A stretch of DNA of 64,000 nucleotides from Chlorokybus atmophyticus (lineage: Eukaryota > Plantae > Mesostigma and Chlorokybus algae). The stretch lies in assembly GCA_009103225.1 (NCBI GenBank), contig RHPI01003491.1, forward strand, positions 1-64,000, read 5' to 3'. A program made the position numbers and the translations under genes. This document shows positions 59,676 to 64,000 of the stretch, piece after piece (within the stretch, counting starts at the first letter, position 1; every line of letters begins with the position of its first letter). The notes under the pieces were generated by a model. It had not been told where the DNA came from. It did not search any database and was given only the letters and a program-made list of their open reading frames with translations.

Positions 59676-62600
59676 GGTGCCAACATTAGAGTACGAACTC
59701 TTTGAACAATTTCACGTACATATGCAATCTGCAATACTGCACTACAGCTTTCAGTCTGCCAGTGGCCTTTTGGTCAGATTGTTGGATGCCTCATCATGGT
59801 TGTGGGTGAGCGCTGATGTATACATGTGAATCCATGCACATCTCTCTGCAATACTAAGCAGCCTGCGGTCCCAAGGACCATGCCAGCAGCTTCTCCTCCT
59901 CTTCCTTCTCCTCCTCCAATGTCTCCTCCTTCGCACGCACCTCCACGCGCATGTTCATGCAACCTCGCTGTCGTGCAACAGTGCAAAATCAGCACACTAC
60001 CTGCTTGCTTCATGTTGTAATTCTGTGTCTATGTTACACAAACGAGCAACATGCACGCAATCATGCACCTTCCAGTGCAGCGCAGCGCAACCAGCAGCAT
60101 CTGGCTCCAAGGTCTCTCCCCTGCGCAAGGAGTTTGCCGCCACCTCCTTGTGGGGAGAGTCTCTGCGCTGTGTAGGCGGTGTTTTTTTAATTACCTCCAA
60201 CGGTCAAAGCAGTTGCAAGCACGTACTTGCAACTCAGTATTCTGAGGAAGGCAGTTAGCATATTTGAATGCCTACCTTACTTATATGTGACTTGTGGTAG
60301 GCATTGATGTGAGTGAGTGCGACACGCTCCTTGAACATTCCACAGTTTGACGTATTCAACATCCCGTGGTATGCATGCGCAAGCTGTTGTATCACGCACA
60401 GCACCAGCTACCAAAACAACCATGCGTTGACACACTACAGTTTTCTGGCTGGATTCAGACGTTGCAATATCAGTTGTATGCAGCTTGAAAACAGTTACAA
60501 AGTGTTGACACAAGAACGTCTTAAAATGTCAGTCTCGGTGTCAGACATTAACGACTTAAACGCATGCTCTTCGCTAGCTCTCCTACCATTAGCAGAGGTG
60601 CTAACTTTCAGTCGTAACGAACTGAAACTGCACTGCGTGCATGTTGAGGCTTACAATCACAATTTGGTTAATGAGCAATTCAATGAATTTCAATTCACAG
60701 GCAATGTCTTATACACATATCTATTATCAAATTGCTGCTAATCAGCGCTGACTAAGAGATTGTATTACTACACAAGCCTGCCGCATTGCCCAATACACGA
60801 GTAAAGCAGCTTGGCTCGTCTGAAGAATGCCGAAGTATACCAAACTCCCACGCTTCTGCAGTCAGACACAGCCATATACACAGCTGGATTAACATGCACA
60901 CATAACACACATGTACTCACCATCTGCGCGCGCGTGCGTGCGTGCGTATGCATGTGCGCGTGCGCGTGCGCGTGGGCATGTGTGTGTGCCTTCTCTTGCA
61001 TTGATAACGATGTTGCAGCAGCATAGCGGTGCCTTGCAGCACTCACGTCCAGAACCTTGCAACGAAAACCGGGATGCTCAAAGCCGCAAGCAACCACGCA
61101 TGCATATGTATACTGCTGCTCCGCTCATGCGCTCACCTGCTTTGCAGCACGTTCGGCCCGTTGTTTGCCATGTAACTGTCGTGAAACCCATCGCCATAGC
61201 ACAGTAGTGATGTACGATCTACCTGAAATGCGACCTTGTCATCATCGAGACAAACGCCTACCCTCTGGCATGGACCTGCCCGTAGCTTTGCAACTATACC
61301 TGGGGATATTGCTGCCGTTCGCTGCAAGCTCAGTCTCTCACAGCGCCAACGCCGTGTAGTACACGGTGTTGGCGATCTGAGAAATACAGCACTGCAATGT
61401 ATGGCGAGCAAGGGTGTGCTCGGCAGCAATGAAAGGGCGTGTTGCACAATAACTTAAATCCAGCGCTCTGAATAGCTCTTACGCAGCGAGCTCACCTGGC
61501 ACAGACTGACTGGAAGGGATGCACTCCTTGTGGTTCACATCCAATCCAACTATAAAATGGGAGATTCAAGAAACGTAACTTATGTTGAACAGCACTTTTA
61601 CAAATTGTCATGCAAGCTTGTACACCGTGTAGTGGCTGCTTTGTTCAAGGCTTCAAGAGCAGAGAAAACAGCAGTCGGTGCCACACATTGTCTCTATTAA
61701 TGTTACAGCTACAGTTACAATAGCTTACAATATCTTTGACGACCTAGGTGCAAAGGCCTTTGAATTGTTCATAGCACAATGTCTACTGGTGCGCATAGAC
61801 ACTGGGGAAAGCAAGACGGAATTGCTGCCATTGAAAGAATAAGCATGCATGCAACTAACACCAAGCTTGCTGGCATAACACCTATGCACGTGCTGAAGCA
61901 TGCTGCAGTGCCGCGAGTACATAATTTCAATAACTGCAAAACGCAGCAAGCAAAGTTGTCACGCAGGAAGCAGAGCGTCACCAACACAAAGCCAGCAAGC
62001 ACTCCAACAAAAAAGTTAGCGTAGTATACTCACTAGCTGTAGCACTACGTAGTGAGCAAGCAAATTCCAACTGCAGCGGCAAGCTTACAGTTGTCACCAA
62101 CAGAAACAAAACTATCGCTCCATCAGTATATGACATGATGGTCATGTGCTGCAGCTAGCTGAGCAGCAAGCAACTCTCAATCAACTTGGTTGACAGTTGC
62201 TTGCTGCATACAGCTAGCTGGTTCCTAGTTCCAGCTGTCGTAGAGCTGGAACTACAGGCACCAATGAAACAAACCTAGCAAGCACTTGTTTCAGGAACAT
62301 GAGCTGCGTGCTACAGCTAGCTAGCTGAACATAAAAGCGTTCATTAGGGTGCTTTCACGGTAAGCTGCAATCAATGTCACACTGACGGTCATGTGTTTTC
62401 ACCTTCAAGGTTTTCATGATGTGTGACTGGAGCACGCTCTTCAAGCCATACGGTGTGAGGAGACTGCAGCTGCAGACTGCCGCTCGGTGCTTGTCGGCGC
62501 TTAGCTAGCCGTGCGTCCAGCTGAAGCAAGCGCAGTTTGCTTTCTCCTTCTCCTTCTCCTCCGCCTCTGCTACTACTACTGCTACTACTTGTCTAGCATC

Positions 62601-63777
62601 CTCCATTGTCATGGGATGATTGCATGAAACACTGGCAGATTGTTTTATACAAACCTGGCTGCGCTTTCAACAGCTCCTGCCCAAGCTATGCCCCCCTGCC
62701 TGGACGTCGCCTTTGCCTGCTACTGCTTACAATTTGCCGCCTGCTTGCAGTTGCTACCTACTGCTGTAACTGCCGCCTACTACCACCGCCGGCTGAAAGC
62801 AATCACCTGGTATGCTGCTCAGGCTCTGGGCCCTTCCCATGCATGCGGCCATGCAATGCTTGTACACTAACGGGAATAACGATGGGCATTACCGCTAGAT
62901 GTACATGCAAAAGAATGAAGTCACATCATTGGCACCCGAATCTATGAAAGCAACAGGCGTAATTAGGGTTTGCCACGTGCATGCGGCAGCATGCATGTGG
63001 TGCAGGGTTGTCGCCGCGCCGGAGGGGGAGTGGCTGCAAGAGCATGGGGACGAGGAAGGAGGTGGAAGAGACGTAGAGCAAGGAGAGAGCAGGAACGCTG
63101 GAAGCGAGCAGGCCCCACTCATTATTGCCATGATGGCCACGGTATGTTTGATTGCTTTTTGCCTTGGCCGATGTTATAGTCTGGTGCAACGAGCATGTTT
63201 GACATCAGGAGTATCCTACACAGTGCATTGACAGATCTGATTGAAGCGTAGTACCAGAATGACACATGCGCATCATGCGCTTGCTTAAACGCAGTCAGCA
63301 GCCGCCAAGAACGGCGATGTGCACTGATGCTCGTTGTGCCGGAGCCCACCTCTTGGCCTGAATCACTGCCATGCACGCAATGCAAGTCATGCATGGCATG
63401 CGGTGGTAGTCACTAGCAGCGTTTCGTCCACACTTGTGCAACATACCTGTGTCCCATGTACACAGTATGCATACCAGTATGGTTTTCAATCGCCGCACAC
63501 AATGCGTTCACGTGGACAATCACACCGTGTGATGGGCCACAGCTACAGACGCACACATCAGGATCCGTGCGTGCTCATACCACGCATGCGCCATGCAACT
63601 GTCATTGCACCCGAGCACGCATGTGCATGCCCGCGCGTGCACAAGCCCACACACATGCGTGCACACAAGCGCACCCACATATAGGTGCTGATGAACGGTT
63701 TCTGCTATTTCGGGAGCAGTCTCAGCAACTGTAGAAATGGTAGAGCACGTGGTGATTGTTATCCGTGAGGTCGCGTA

Positions 63778-63804
63778 ATGTGTGTGTGTGTGTGTGTGTG
63801 TGTG
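63778..63804. repeat. (TG)n microsatellite
   Basis: Seen directly. Confidence 0.9.
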
Positions 63805-64000
63805 AAGAAAGGGAGAAGCAAACATTTGCGGGATTGAAGGACTCCTTCAATGGCGGCCATCAGCGTGCAACAACAATAAAGACAGTTCTATCAGCAGGGG
63901 CGTTGGCAGGTTTGTGTCTTGTGTTGGTTTGTGTGTGTGCGCGCGTGCGGGTGCGCGCGTGGGTGAGAGATAGTTAACACAGACGGGCAGCCTTTGTCAA

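Larger units (their letters stand above)
55467..60432 (+). repeat. Segmental duplication copy 2
   Basis: Co-linear with 29733-34502. Confidence 0.95.

Noticed and set aside
60433-64000. Protein-coding gene(s) in the final 3.5 kb
   Set aside because: Only short ORFs amid (GC/GT)n low-complexity sequence, with no recognisable domain; exons may exist but cannot be supported.
1-64000. Most short ORFs in the supplied track
   Set aside because: They are antisense or alternate-frame shadows of GC-rich retroelement genes, LTRs or microsatellites.
1-64000. rRNA or tRNA genes
   Set aside because: None recognised; only PBS motifs complementary to tRNA-iMet are present.

Overview
Eukaryotic, intron-containing DNA. 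The GT-AG introns, plant-type LRR gene and element types point to a green alga, possibly a streptophyte (inference). Most of the window is nested transposons. Left to right: (1) the 5' part of a chromovirus-like Ty3/gypsy element (1-4357, -); (2) a ~12-kb Ty3/gypsy-type retroelement (5737-17723, -) inserted with a 4-bp TSD into an OTU-protease-like gene; (3) a complete but decayed Ty1/copia element (18827-23745); (4) a probable MULE-like transposase remnant with a 53-bp repeat array; (5) two ~4.8-kb duplicated blocks, each carrying a secreted LRR gene built from 72-nt one-repeat exons (29.7-34.5 kb and 55.5-60.4 kb); (6) L1/Tx1-like LINE fragments; (7) a complete 514-bp TRIM; (8) a solo LTR; (9) a young, ORF-intact chromovirus (43574-49622) nested inside an older copy of its own family. 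Element (2) is the stand-out. It encodes gag, a long unknown region, protease, a C5 DNA methyltransferase, RT, RNase H, a DDE integrase and a PHD finger. It lacks ordinary paired LTRs and instead has PAT/Ngaro-like split direct repeats (A1-ORFs-B1-A2-B2), with an internal palindromic CA-GC-TG end-to-end junction and no evident tRNA primer site. This suggests integrase-mediated insertion from a circular intermediate.
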